From Thermoplasmata archaeon (GTDB lineage: Archaea > Thermoplasmatota > Thermoplasmata > Lutacidiplasmatales > UBA184): a stretch of 64,000 bases of DNA. The stretch's first letter is position 1. Every line of letters begins with the position of its first letter. The notes under the pieces were generated by a model. The model had not been told where the DNA came from. It did no database searches and worked only from the letters and a program-made list of their open reading frames with translations. A program made the translations under genes and the position numbers. The stretch is taken from positions 32,001 to 96,000 of the forward strand of contig JAGWLG010000007.1 of the NCBI GenBank assembly GCA_028864975.1. The letters run 5' to 3'. This document shows positions 17,993 to 26,349 of the stretch, one piece after another.

Positions 17993-20900
17993 ACGGCCAT
18001 TGGGGGAGGGTTCGGGGCCGGCCGCGCCAAGGACCTCGCCAAGGCTGCGGAGGCCCTTCGCAAGCAGAAGTCCGGCGCGGACGAGGCAAGGAAACGGGCC
18101 GACGAGGCGGTCCAGACGCTGAAGGCGGTGGGGGTAGCCCCCACTTCCGAGGTGAGCGAGCTCGAGGGCCAGCTCCGCGACGCCGTCAAAGCGATCCAGT
18201 GGGAGAAGGCCGAGAAGGTCGCGAACGAACTGAAGGAGCACGCGGAGAAGGCCACCCGCGAGGCGCTCTCCTCCCGACTCTCCCCGCTCCGCACGCGCTC
18301 GGACCACCTCGCGCGCGCGCTAGGCGTGTTGCCTCCAGAGGTGGAGTCGGCCGCCAAGTCGGCCGAGGAGGCGCTCAAGGAGGGGAAGTTCCGCGAGGCA
18401 GCGGAAGGAGAGCAGACCTGGGAGCGGGAGCTCAAGAAGTCCGAGGAAGGGCTGACCCGTGCCACACGCGAGCGTGTGCGCGAGGTCGTCGCCTGGGCGG
18501 GCGAGGGCTCCCGCCTGGAGGAGGTCGAGAAGAAGCTCGAACCCTGCTTCCAAGCGCTCTCCGAAGGTGACGCGAAGACCGCGGGCCCGTGCTTCGAAAA
18601 GAACCTCGCCGCCGCGTTGCCCGAGGGCCCCAAGAAGCTCCAGCAGAAGGCGCAGGAGGTCCAGGGGTTGGTGAAGCTCGCGAAGGAGCTCGAGATCGAC
18701 GCCCCAGGGCTCTCGAAGGCCCTCGAGGCCGCGCGCGACGCGACGATCCTCTCCATGGACCGCGCCGCAGCCGCGATCGAGGAGGCGAAGCACTCGACCG
18801 AGCGAGAGCTACGCGACCGCTCGCTCCAGCGCGTGAAGGAGCTCCGTGCCTTCTCCGAGACCCTCAAGGAAGAGGGGGCGGAGTTCTCCGAGGGGGCCGC
18901 GACGTTGGAGGAGGTCCTGAGCCAACTTCCGAAGGCGCAGCTCGAGGACTTGAAGGGGCTCGTCACGAAGGCGACCGAGGCGGTGGAAGGGCCGGCGATG
19001 AGCGTCGTTGCCGCCTACATCGATGAGGTGCGTCCACGGCTCGTCGAGGCCCGTCAGCTCGGGAGGAACGCGCTCCCGGCGATCGAGGAGGTGAACAAGG
19101 CCCGGGACGCCTACCGGAAGAAGGACTTCCGCACAGCGGTCGCGAGCGCGCAGCGGGCGCTCGAGATGGTGAGCGAGCTCGTGGCCGACATGGAGGCCGG
19201 TCACGAGGAGGTCAGCGAGTTCAAGCACCTCTTGACACGGCTCGGTACGGGTGGCCTCAGCTCCCCCGCGTACGACCAGTTCGTCGAACGCGCGGAGGCC
19301 GCGCTCCGGCACAACGAGCTCGACAAGATGCGCTCAGAGCTGCAGGAGGGGCTCCGCGTGGTCGGGCGGGAGAGCCTGCCGTTCTTTCGCGGACAGTTGG
19401 ACTCCTGCCGCAGGGTCATTTCCATGGTCGAGGACCGGGGATGGTCGGTCCCTGAGCTTCCCGAGAAGCTGAAGTCGGTACGCGCCAACTTCCAGGAGGG
19501 TCGCTTCGCTGAGACCGCGGAAGCCCTCTCGAACTTCCGGGCGCTGCTCCGTTCCACCGTCGCGCCCCACCTCTCCCAGCGCCTGGAGGAGCTCGGGAAG
19601 GCGCTCGAGGAGATCCAGGACCCGGATTCCGTCGCCGGCGTCCGTCGCCTCATGGCCGAGACCGACATCGCGCTGAAGGTCAAGGAGGACGTCGAGCAAG
19701 CCCTCGACAAGCTCGCCCAGACCGAGAAGGAGCTCGCGGTCACGTTCGCTGCCCGGGCCTCCAGCCTGGTCGACGAGCTGGACGAGGAGGTCCGCGGCCT
19801 CGGGGACATGGGGCTCGAGACGTCGAACCTCCGCCGCGAGATCCAGCAGATCCACCAGATCTTCGACATGGGGGACTTCGTCAAGGCCTCCCGCGCGAGC
19901 CGGGAGCTCAAGGCCCGGCTGCTCCAGCAGCAGCTCCTCCGCGCGGAGGCGGAGGTCTCCAAGGCGAAGTTCTCCCTGGTCGAGCTGGCGAAGATGGGGC
20001 TCGAGCCGGCGGACCTCAGGGCGGGCCTCGTCGATGCGACGGAGCGGGTCCGCTCGGGGCGCTACCCCGGGGCGTACGCGCGTGCCTCCCAGGTCCGTGG
20101 TGACGTCGAGAGGATCAAGACCACCGCGCAGAAGGTCCGCGAGGAGATCGGATCGCTCGCGGAGATCGTCTCGGGCCTTCGGAAGGGCGGCGTGGGTCAG
20201 GAGGAGCTCCAACCGATCCTCCCCCGCGCCAAGCAGGCCTCCGAGGCCTACCAGGCCATGGACTTCGACAAGGCCCTGACCCTGGTCTCGGACCTCAAGA
20301 CCTCCCTGCGGGCCGTCGCCCAGCGCCGAGAGGCGCTCAAGACCCTCGCGGAGCTGGACGCCCTCTTGGCCAGCAGCCGGCAGGTCCTGGCGAGCGAGGC
20401 GGGGTGGGAGAAGGACCTGCGAGAGGCGCAGTCCAAGGTCGCCAGTGGGGAGTCCGCCGAGGGGCTGGAGGCGTTGAAGACCCTACGTCCGCGCATCGTC
20501 GACGGCGTCCGCTCGGGACTCGATGCGCAGCTCAAGATGCTGGAGGCCGACCTTCGTTCCGCACGGTCGGCGGGGCTCGACACTTCGCAGGTGGAAGGCC
20601 CGCTCTCTGAGGCCCGTCGCAAGCTCTCGGAGCCGATCCCCACGGGGGTGGCCGAGCTCATCGACCGCTCTCGCCGGGAGTTCTTCCAGGGGAGGGCCTA
20701 CCTCGAACAGGCGCAAAAGTCGGTGGCCCTCGCCCGCGAGGCCGTGAACCAAGGCGAATTGGTCCGAGCGGACGTGACCGACCTCAAGCCCCGTCTCGCC
20801 GAGATGGAGGGTCGCTTCGCCGCCGGCGAATCGTCGGTCGCCCTGGAGCTAGCCCAGCGCCTGCACGCGGAGGCGACGGAGCGCGTGCGAACGCAGGTGA

Positions 20901-22459
20901 CGAAGACCCTCGCCAGCTTCCAAGCGATGATCAACCGGGCGAAGATGGAGGGGGCGATCACGGCGGTCGCGGAGAACCTCCTCGTTCAGGCTCGGAACCT
21001 GCTCATCGCGGGCAAGCCCCTCGAAGCGCTTCGCCTCGCCACCCGAAGCGAGACGGAGCTCGAGCGGGTGGAGCTCCAGCACTCGCTCGCGACGAACGCG
21101 CTCATCACCCTCAAGGCGAAGCTCGACGATGCGCGCGACCAGGGGGTGAAGGCCCCCGACGCCGAGCGAGAGGTCGCCCGGGCCGAGGATATGATGGCGC
21201 GCGGGGACTACGCCACGGTCCTCGAAAGGACCATGGACGGGGGAGACTTCCTCCTCCGAGCCTCGGAGCAGCTCCGGCGGGCGAAGGAGGCCGTTGAAGG
21301 GACGAGCAAGCTGCTGGCCACTTTGAGCGGTGTGGAGGCCGACCTCTCGGTCCCGAAGAACGACCTGGACCAGGCCCGCGCCCTCCTGGCGGAAGGTAAG
21401 TACTCCGAGTCCCAGACCCTCGCTCGCACCGCGGGGGAGACCGCCCGTGGGGTGGTGGAGGCCCTGATCGCCCAAAGGATGACGGACGTGAAGGGCCGCT
21501 TCGCGGCCGTCCAGTCTCTGGACGCGACAGCGGCCCAGAACTTCGCTCCCCTGGTCTCCCGCGCCGACGAGTCCCTCAAGGTGCGGGACTGGAAGGGCGC
21601 CTTGGACGGGCTCTCGGCGGCCAAGACGAAGCTGGAGGAGGGCCTCGCATCCCTGCTCTCGGGCGAACAGGAGAAACTGAAGGGACTTTGGAAGGAGGTC
21701 CCCCCGGTCGACGAGGCGGACGCTGCTGCCCGGGCGAAGGTCACCGACGAGCTTCGTGCCGCGCGAGACAAGGCGGACTACGCTCGCTTCAGGGAACTTC
21801 TCGACCAAGCGGTCAAGGACGCGCAATCGCTCCGCCGCAAGCACCTCGAGCGCGAGGTGGCCGACATGGAGTCGCGGGTGCTCCTGGGCGAGCGTCTGGG
21901 CGTGGACATGACCCCCGTCATGGAGTCCTTCAGCGAGGTGAAGATGAACCTCAAGAGCGGACCGATCGAGCCGATGATGGTCCAGCTCGCGAAGTGCGAG
22001 GAGTCGTTATCGAAGCTCCTGGGCACACGGCTCACCGACCGGTCGACCGAGCTCGCGGGGGAGACCGCCTTCGCCCGAGACGGCCTCAGCATGGAGGTCG
22101 CGCCGGTCGAGAGGATGCTCCGGGAGGTGGAGACGCTCCAGGGCTCGGGCGATGTGGTGGGCGCCGCGCGCCGCTTGGTCGAGGCGGAGACCGAGCTCGC
22201 GAAGCGCAAGGAGCTGCACTGGCAGTTGACCAACACCCAGTACATGATCGACCAGAAGCTCGCGACCCTGACCGACCGGAAGGTCGATGTCGGGGCCGTT
22301 CGGGACCTCCTGGGCGAGGCGCTCAAGGCTCGGCAGACCGACTATGCCAAGGCGCTGGAGCTCTCGCAGAAGGCGCTGGACGAACTTCGCAAGCTCCTCA
22401 ACGAGGGTTCCCCCGCGGGGTCGTCCTCGAGCGGGCGCGAGAAGGCGACCTCGAGTTAG
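17993..22459 (+). CDS. Giant (~1,490 aa) all-helical repeat protein, no signal peptide or TM
   Basis: Frame open from 17993 (an in-frame TAG lies 8 codons upstream); ~62-aa repeats with G-x-D and G-[DK]-[YF] turns; track start 18128 is an internal GTG. Confidence 0.88.
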   Translation, partial: TAIGGGFGAGRAKDLAKAAEALRKQKSGADEARKRADEAVQTLKAVGVAPTSEVSELEGQLRDAVKAIQWEKAEKVANELKEHAEKATREALSSRLSPLRTRSDHLARALGVLPPEVESAAKSAEEALKEGKFREAAEGEQTWERELKKSEEGLTRATRERVREVVAWAGEGSRLEEVEKKLEPCFQALSEGDAKTAGPCFEKNLAAALPEGPKKLQQKAQEVQGLVKLAKELEIDAPGLSKALEAARDATILSMDRAAAAIEEAKHSTERELRDRSLQRVKELRAFSETLKEEGAEFSEGAATLEEVLSQLPKAQLEDLKGLVTKATEAVEGPAMSVVAAYIDEVRPRLVEARQLGRNALPAIEEVNKARDAYRKKDFRTAVASAQRALEMVSELVADMEAGHEEVSEFKHLLTRLGTGGLSSPAYDQFVERAEAALRHNELDKMRSELQEGLRVVGRESLPFFRGQLDSCRRVISMVEDRGWSVPELPEKLKSVRANFQEGRFAETAEALSNFRALLRSTVAPHLSQRLEELGKALEEIQDPDSVAGVRRLMAETDIALKVKEDVEQALDKLAQTEKELAVTFAARASSLVDELDEEVRGLGDMGLETSNLRREIQQIHQIFDMGDFVKASRASRELKARLLQQQLLRAEAEVSKAKFSLVELAKMGLEPADLRAGLVDATERVRSGRYPGAYARASQVRGDVERIKTTAQKVREEIGSLAEIVSGLRKGGVGQEELQPILPRAKQASEAYQAMDFDKALTLVSDLKTSLRAVAQRREALKTLAELDALLASSRQVLASEAGWEKDLREAQSKVASGESAEGLEALKTLRPRIVDGVRSGLDAQLKMLEADLRSARSAGLDTSQVEGPLSEARRKLSEPIPTGVAELIDRSRREFFQGRAYLEQAQKSVALAREAVNQGELVRADVTDLKPRLAEMEGRFAAGESSVALELAQRLHAEATERVRTQVTKTLASFQAMINRAKMEGAITAVAENLLVQARNLLIAGKPLEALRLATRSETELERVELQHSLATNALITLKAKLDDARDQGVKAPDAEREVARAEDMMARGDYATVLERTMDGGDFLLRASEQLRRAKEAVEGTSKLLATLSGVEADLSVPKNDLDQARALLAEGKYSESQTLARTAGETARGVVEALIAQRMTDVKGRFAAVQSLDATAAQNFAPLVSRADESLKVRDWKGALDGLSAAKTKLEEGLASLLSGEQEKLKGLWKEVPPVDEADAAARAKVTDELRAARDKADYARFRELLDQAVKDAQSLRRKHLEREVADMESRVLLGERLGVDMTPVMESFSEVKMNLKSGPIEPMMVQLAKCEESLSKLLGTRLTDRSTELAGETAFARDGLSMEVAPVERMLREVETLQGSGDVVGAARRLVEAETELAKRKELHWQLTNTQYMIDQKLATLTDRKVDVGAVRDLLGEALKARQTDYAKALELSQKALDELRKLLNEGSPAGSSSSGREKATSS

Positions 22460-22474
22460 GGGCCGAGCCCTCCG

Positions 22475-22831
22475 CTACTTTCCTAGACCTCGCTCGGCCT
22501 GGGGCAGATGGGGCCCTTCGACCTGGAAGGCGGCGAACCCGTCCTCCACCACGTGGTCGATGGTCGCCCCGGCGAACGCCGCCTGGCTCTCCGGGTCGAC
22601 CACGAAGGGAAGCCCCTCCACCTCGAAGACCACCTCTCCGCGTGTCGCGGGCCGCAGCGCGAGATGGGGGTGGGGGGGGTCCCCCGGCACCATCGTAAGA
22701 TGGACGACGCTTCCTCGGGGGCGGATCCGCAGGAGGTCGGTGAGCGCCTCCCTTGCCGGCGCCGTGAGCCTGAGGGAGATGAGGGGCGGCGAGAGCGCGA
22801 ATTCACGTCGTCCCTTTTGAGGCTCGTCCAT
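22475..22831 (-). CDS. HesB/IscA-fold-like protein lacking cysteines
   Basis: LRLTAPAREAL..EVVFEVEGLPFVVDPESQAAFAGATIDHV..F.V.GP matches the IscA/HesB pattern. Confidence 0.6.
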   Translation of the reverse strand: MDEPQKGRREFALSPPLISLRLTAPAREALTDLLRIRPRGSVVHLTMVPGDPPHPHLALRPATRGEVVFEVEGLPFVVDPESQAAFAGATIDHVVEDGFAAFQVEGPHLPQAERGLGK

Positions 22832-22937
22832 GGAGCACATCCGCTCGTCCAGGGGTCGCAGGACCTCCCTTCGATGGGAGGATATAACCTTCGCAAGACC
22901 GCTTGGTAGATAAGTAGGGATGCGCATACACTGACCG

Positions 22938-23105
22938 ATGGTCGTCGTGGCCCAGGTTCATCGGGCCCTGCCCGAGGAGCAGGCCGAGCGGCAGCTGGCC
23001 CTGAGCCGCGCGGTGGACCGTGCCTCGGCCTGGTCCAGCTTGATGGAGCGGCTCCGGTCGAGCGTGAAGGAGCGCGAGGAGCGCCATCGCACGGCGACCC
23101 CTTGA
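22938..23105 (+). CDS. Possible small helical protein (55 aa)
   Basis: ATG-started ORF MVVVAQVHRALPEEQAERQLALSRAVDRASAWSSLMERLR.. filling an intergenic gap; below the track cutoff. Confidence 0.35.
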   Translation: MVVVAQVHRALPEEQAERQLALSRAVDRASAWSSLMERLRSSVKEREERHRTATP

Positions 23106-23238
23106 CCCCGATCGGAGAAGGCTCGTCCTCCGCGACTTCCCCCAGGTGTGCGACGAGCCGACGGGCTCGGCTCACTGGCCATCGGTCTTGGCGAACTTGA
23201 TGTATCGGGCAGTCCGTGCGCAACTTGGAGAGCCGAGG

Positions 23239-23664
23239 TTGACCGCCAACGCAGGTCTCCCGCCGCGGGGCAAGTCCCCCGCTCAGCAGATCGACAAGAT
23301 GATCCGGGACACGCCGGACTGGAGAGGGAAGACCCTGTCCGCGCTTCGAACGGTGATCCTTCGCGCGGACCCCAAGATCGTCGAAGAGGTGAAGTGGAGG
23401 AAACCGAGCAACCCGGATGGGGTCCCCGTCTGGTCGCACGATGGGATCGTCTGCGTCGCGAACATCCTCAAGGGCGCGGTCCGGCTGACCTTTCCCCACG
23501 GTCCCGAGATCAGGGACCCGAAGCGGTTGTTCAACACTCGGCTAGACAGCAAGGTGGTCCGCGCGATAGACGTACAGGAGGGCGGGAGGGTCAACGAACC
23601 GGCGCTGCGGGCAATCGTTCGCGACGCCGTCCGGCTGAACACCTCGAAGGCCCGTGAGCGCTAG
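23239..23664 (+). CDS. DUF1801 (YdhG-like) domain protein
   Basis: QQIDKMI..DWRG..L..LR..IL.ADP.IVEEVKWRKPSNPDGVPVWSHDG; TTG start inferred. Confidence 0.85.
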   Translation: MTANAGLPPRGKSPAQQIDKMIRDTPDWRGKTLSALRTVILRADPKIVEEVKWRKPSNPDGVPVWSHDGIVCVANILKGAVRLTFPHGPEIRDPKRLFNTRLDSKVVRAIDVQEGGRVNEPALRAIVRDAVRLNTSKARER

Positions 23665-23758
23665 AGGCGCGGTCGTTCGTTCCTCACGGTGCGCGGCCCG
23701 ACGGGGCGTCCCGGCCCCCCTGTGAGATTCGAGGCCTTTCCGCCCCTGGGAGACGGTC

Positions 23759-25057
23759 TCAGTTGGCGGTCGGACCCTTCTTTGCGCTCCCCTCAGGGTC
23801 GCGACGAGCGGAGGGGGGCGCCGTGGGTTCCTCCATCCCGTCGACATACGCGAGCTCGCCGTGGATGGACTCGTCCAGGCCCATCTCCTCCACGGAGCTC
23901 GAGACCCTCACCGGGGTGATCTTGTCGATGATCCAGAGCATGGCGTAGGTGAAACCGACCGCCCAGACGATGCCGATGGCGGTCGCGGCCACTTGAGCCG
24001 CGAAGAAGTGGGTATCCCCCAGGAGCAGGCCGTTCGGGCCGACCCCGGGGTGATTGAAGGCCGCGTTCGCGAAGACCCCCAGGGCGATGGCCCCGACGGC
24101 GCCGCCGATACCGTGGACCCCCCACACGTCGAGGGCGTCATCCCACCCCCGACGGTTCTTGAGCCATATGGCACCGTAGCAGACGGTGCCCGCCAGGACG
24201 CCCACGACCATCGACGCGCCAGGACTGATGTACCCGGCGCAGGGCGTGATCATGGCGAGGCCCGCCACGGCCCCGGTGAGCAACCCCAGGAATTTCGGTT
24301 TCTTCTCGAAGATCCAGGCCATCGCGAGCCAGACCGTCGCGGCCACCGAGGCGGCAAGGTCGGTGTTGATGAACGCCGTCACCGTGACCGTGTCCACCGT
24401 GAGCTCGCTGCCCGCGTTGAAACCGTACCACCCGAACCAGAGGAGACCTGTCCCCAGGGCGACCAGGGGGACGTTGTGGGGCGCACTGTCCTTGATCCTT
24501 CGAGCTCCCACGAAGAAGACCGCGGCCAGCGCGGCGAAACCCGCGAGGGTATGGACGACGATGCCTCCCGCGAAGTCGCGGACCCCCCAGGTCGCGAGCA
24601 GGCCGCCTCCCCAGATCATGTGGACGAAGGGGATGTAAACGAAGAGAGACCAGGCGACCAGGAAGATGATGTAGGCCTTGAACGAGACTCGGTTGGTGAA
24701 GGCCCCTGAGATGAGGGCGGGGGTGATGATCGCGAACATCATCTGGTAGACGAAGAACGCGTAGAGCGGGATGCTGGGGTCCCCCGCGAACGGGGTGCCG
24801 GGCCCCATGTTCTGCATGAAGGCGTAGTGGAAGTCCCCGTAGACCCCACCCGCCCCGCCGCTGAAGCTCAGCGAGAAGCCCACCGTGAACCACAGGATGT
24901 CCACGATGGCCATCGAGACGAAGCTCTGGATCATGATGGTCAGGACGTTCTTGCGCCCGACCAACCCGCCGTAGAAGAACGCCAGGCCCGGCGTCATCAG
25001 CATCACGAGGCTCGTGGCGATGAGCATGAAGGCGGTGTCGCCGGTGTCGAACGTCAT
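23759..25057 (-). CDS. amtB: Ammonium transporter (Amt family)
   Basis: MLMTPGLAFFYGG, DFAGGIVVH, LLWFGWYGFNAGS, DDALDVWGVHG, GLDESIHGE. Confidence 0.97.
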   Translation of the reverse strand: MTFDTGDTAFMLIATSLVMLMTPGLAFFYGGLVGRKNVLTIMIQSFVSMAIVDILWFTVGFSLSFSGGAGGVYGDFHYAFMQNMGPGTPFAGDPSIPLYAFFVYQMMFAIITPALISGAFTNRVSFKAYIIFLVAWSLFVYIPFVHMIWGGGLLATWGVRDFAGGIVVHTLAGFAALAAVFFVGARRIKDSAPHNVPLVALGTGLLWFGWYGFNAGSELTVDTVTVTAFINTDLAASVAATVWLAMAWIFEKKPKFLGLLTGAVAGLAMITPCAGYISPGASMVVGVLAGTVCYGAIWLKNRRGWDDALDVWGVHGIGGAVGAIALGVFANAAFNHPGVGPNGLLLGDTHFFAAQVAATAIGIVWAVGFTYAMLWIIDKITPVRVSSSVEEMGLDESIHGELAYVDGMEEPTAPPSARRDPEGSAKKGPTAN

Positions 25058-25216
25058 GGCCGGTCCTTCGTAGGCTCCCGGGTCGTCCGCCTATGTAATG
25101 CCTGCTGTCGACCGGAACGGGGCCGGACCCTCAGAATTGACCTCGGACGAGCCCCCGTTTCACGACCTCTCCTGCCCTCTTGTAGGGAGGTTTCCTGCTC
25201 TGGGTCAGAAGGGACC

Positions 25217-25672
25217 ATGATCGCGTTGGCGGATGTGGCGGTGTGCGTGAAGGATGCGAGGAAGAGCGCCAAGTGGTGGGTCGAGAAGGTCGGCTTCTCA
25301 ACACACACGCTCGAGGGCCCCGAAGGGCACGCCGTCATGGTCGCTCCTCCCGGGGACCGGTTCGTCGTGCACTTGTGCGAAGGCTTCGACAAGGTCGAGC
25401 CGGGGAACAGCGGGATCGCCTTCGTGACCGACGACCTTGAGGGAACGGTCGATCGGATGACGCGGGCGGGGGTCGAGTTCGTCGAGCCGCTGAAGAAGGT
25501 GGACTGGGGCGGGATGGCGAAGTTCGCCGACCCCGACGGGAACGTCTTCTGGCTCCTGGGAGCTCCGCGGGCCTTCATCGAGCAGGCCACGGCCACTCCC
25601 CCCGTCGTGCCTTCACCACCTCAGGCCGCGACTGCGAAGGGACGAGGTAAGGCTCCCCGTTCCGCATCCTGA
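25217..25672 (+). CDS. VOC/glyoxalase-family protein
   Basis: VAVCVKDARKSAKWWVEKVGF..IAFVTDDLEGTV..GVEF..WGGMAKFADPDGNVFWL. Confidence 0.88.
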   Translation: MIALADVAVCVKDARKSAKWWVEKVGFSTHTLEGPEGHAVMVAPPGDRFVVHLCEGFDKVEPGNSGIAFVTDDLEGTVDRMTRAGVEFVEPLKKVDWGGMAKFADPDGNVFWLLGAPRAFIEQATATPPVVPSPPQAATAKGRGKAPRSAS

Positions 25673-25954
25673 GCTCGAGGGCCCTCAGGAGCCGACCGAC
25701 ACGCTCCGAAGGTGTCAGGCTGGAGAACGGCTCCACCGCCCCTGGAAGCTCCGAAGGGTCTCCGGCCCCAGGGAAGGATTCGCGGCCTACCGTCCGCGCA
25801 TGGAGTCGAGCCGCTGACGGAAGGATCTCACCTGTCGAGCTGACGCCGGTCGGAAAGGAGCTGGTCTCCCCCACTTGGACAATCGCGCAGGGAGATCCTT
25901 GGGCGCACCGGCTCGCGAAATCGCTGAAATAGTTGGAGGGGGCTCTCATTCAGC

Positions 25955-26281
25955 ATGGCGTATCCCCCCAACGTCCCCGTCGCCGTTCCGTCCGGGCCGG
26001 TCCAGTACAAGCGACAGTACTCCCTAGCCCTCTTGGTCATCCTGCTCCTTTTCTGTTGGCCGGCCGCCATCATCTACTACTTCACACGGGAGAAGGTCGC
26101 CGTCCAGGAGTTCGCGCCGGGTCAGGTCGTGATGGTCGCCACGCCGGCGGCGACGGGCTACGCAGCTCCGGCCCCAGGCGTCGCCGGCGCTCCCCCCAGC
26201 TGTTCCCGGTGTGGTCGGCCGACCACTTTCATGCCCCAGTACAGCCGCTACTACTGCTACAGCTGTTCGCAGTACGTCTAG
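25955..26281 (+). CDS. Small membrane protein with C-terminal zinc ribbon
   Basis: YSLALLVILLLFCWPAAIIYYF hairpin; CSRCGRPTTFMPQYSRYYCYSCSQYV. Confidence 0.8.
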   Translation: MAYPPNVPVAVPSGPVQYKRQYSLALLVILLLFCWPAAIIYYFTREKVAVQEFAPGQVVMVATPAATGYAAPAPGVAGAPPSCSRCGRPTTFMPQYSRYYCYSCSQYV

Positions 26282-26349
26282 CGCTGTCCCCAGACCGCTG
26301 GGGCGGACGCTCTCGAACTCCCCGGGGCGTCCACTTGGGTGCGGGCCGG

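Noticed and set aside
17993-22459. SMC/Rad50 assignment for the giant helical protein
   Set aside because: No Walker A/B, signature motif, hinge or zinc hook
25575-25949. 124-aa minus-strand ORF between the VOC gene and the small membrane protein
   Set aside because: Overlaps the VOC gene, no motif and no convincing SD or promoter
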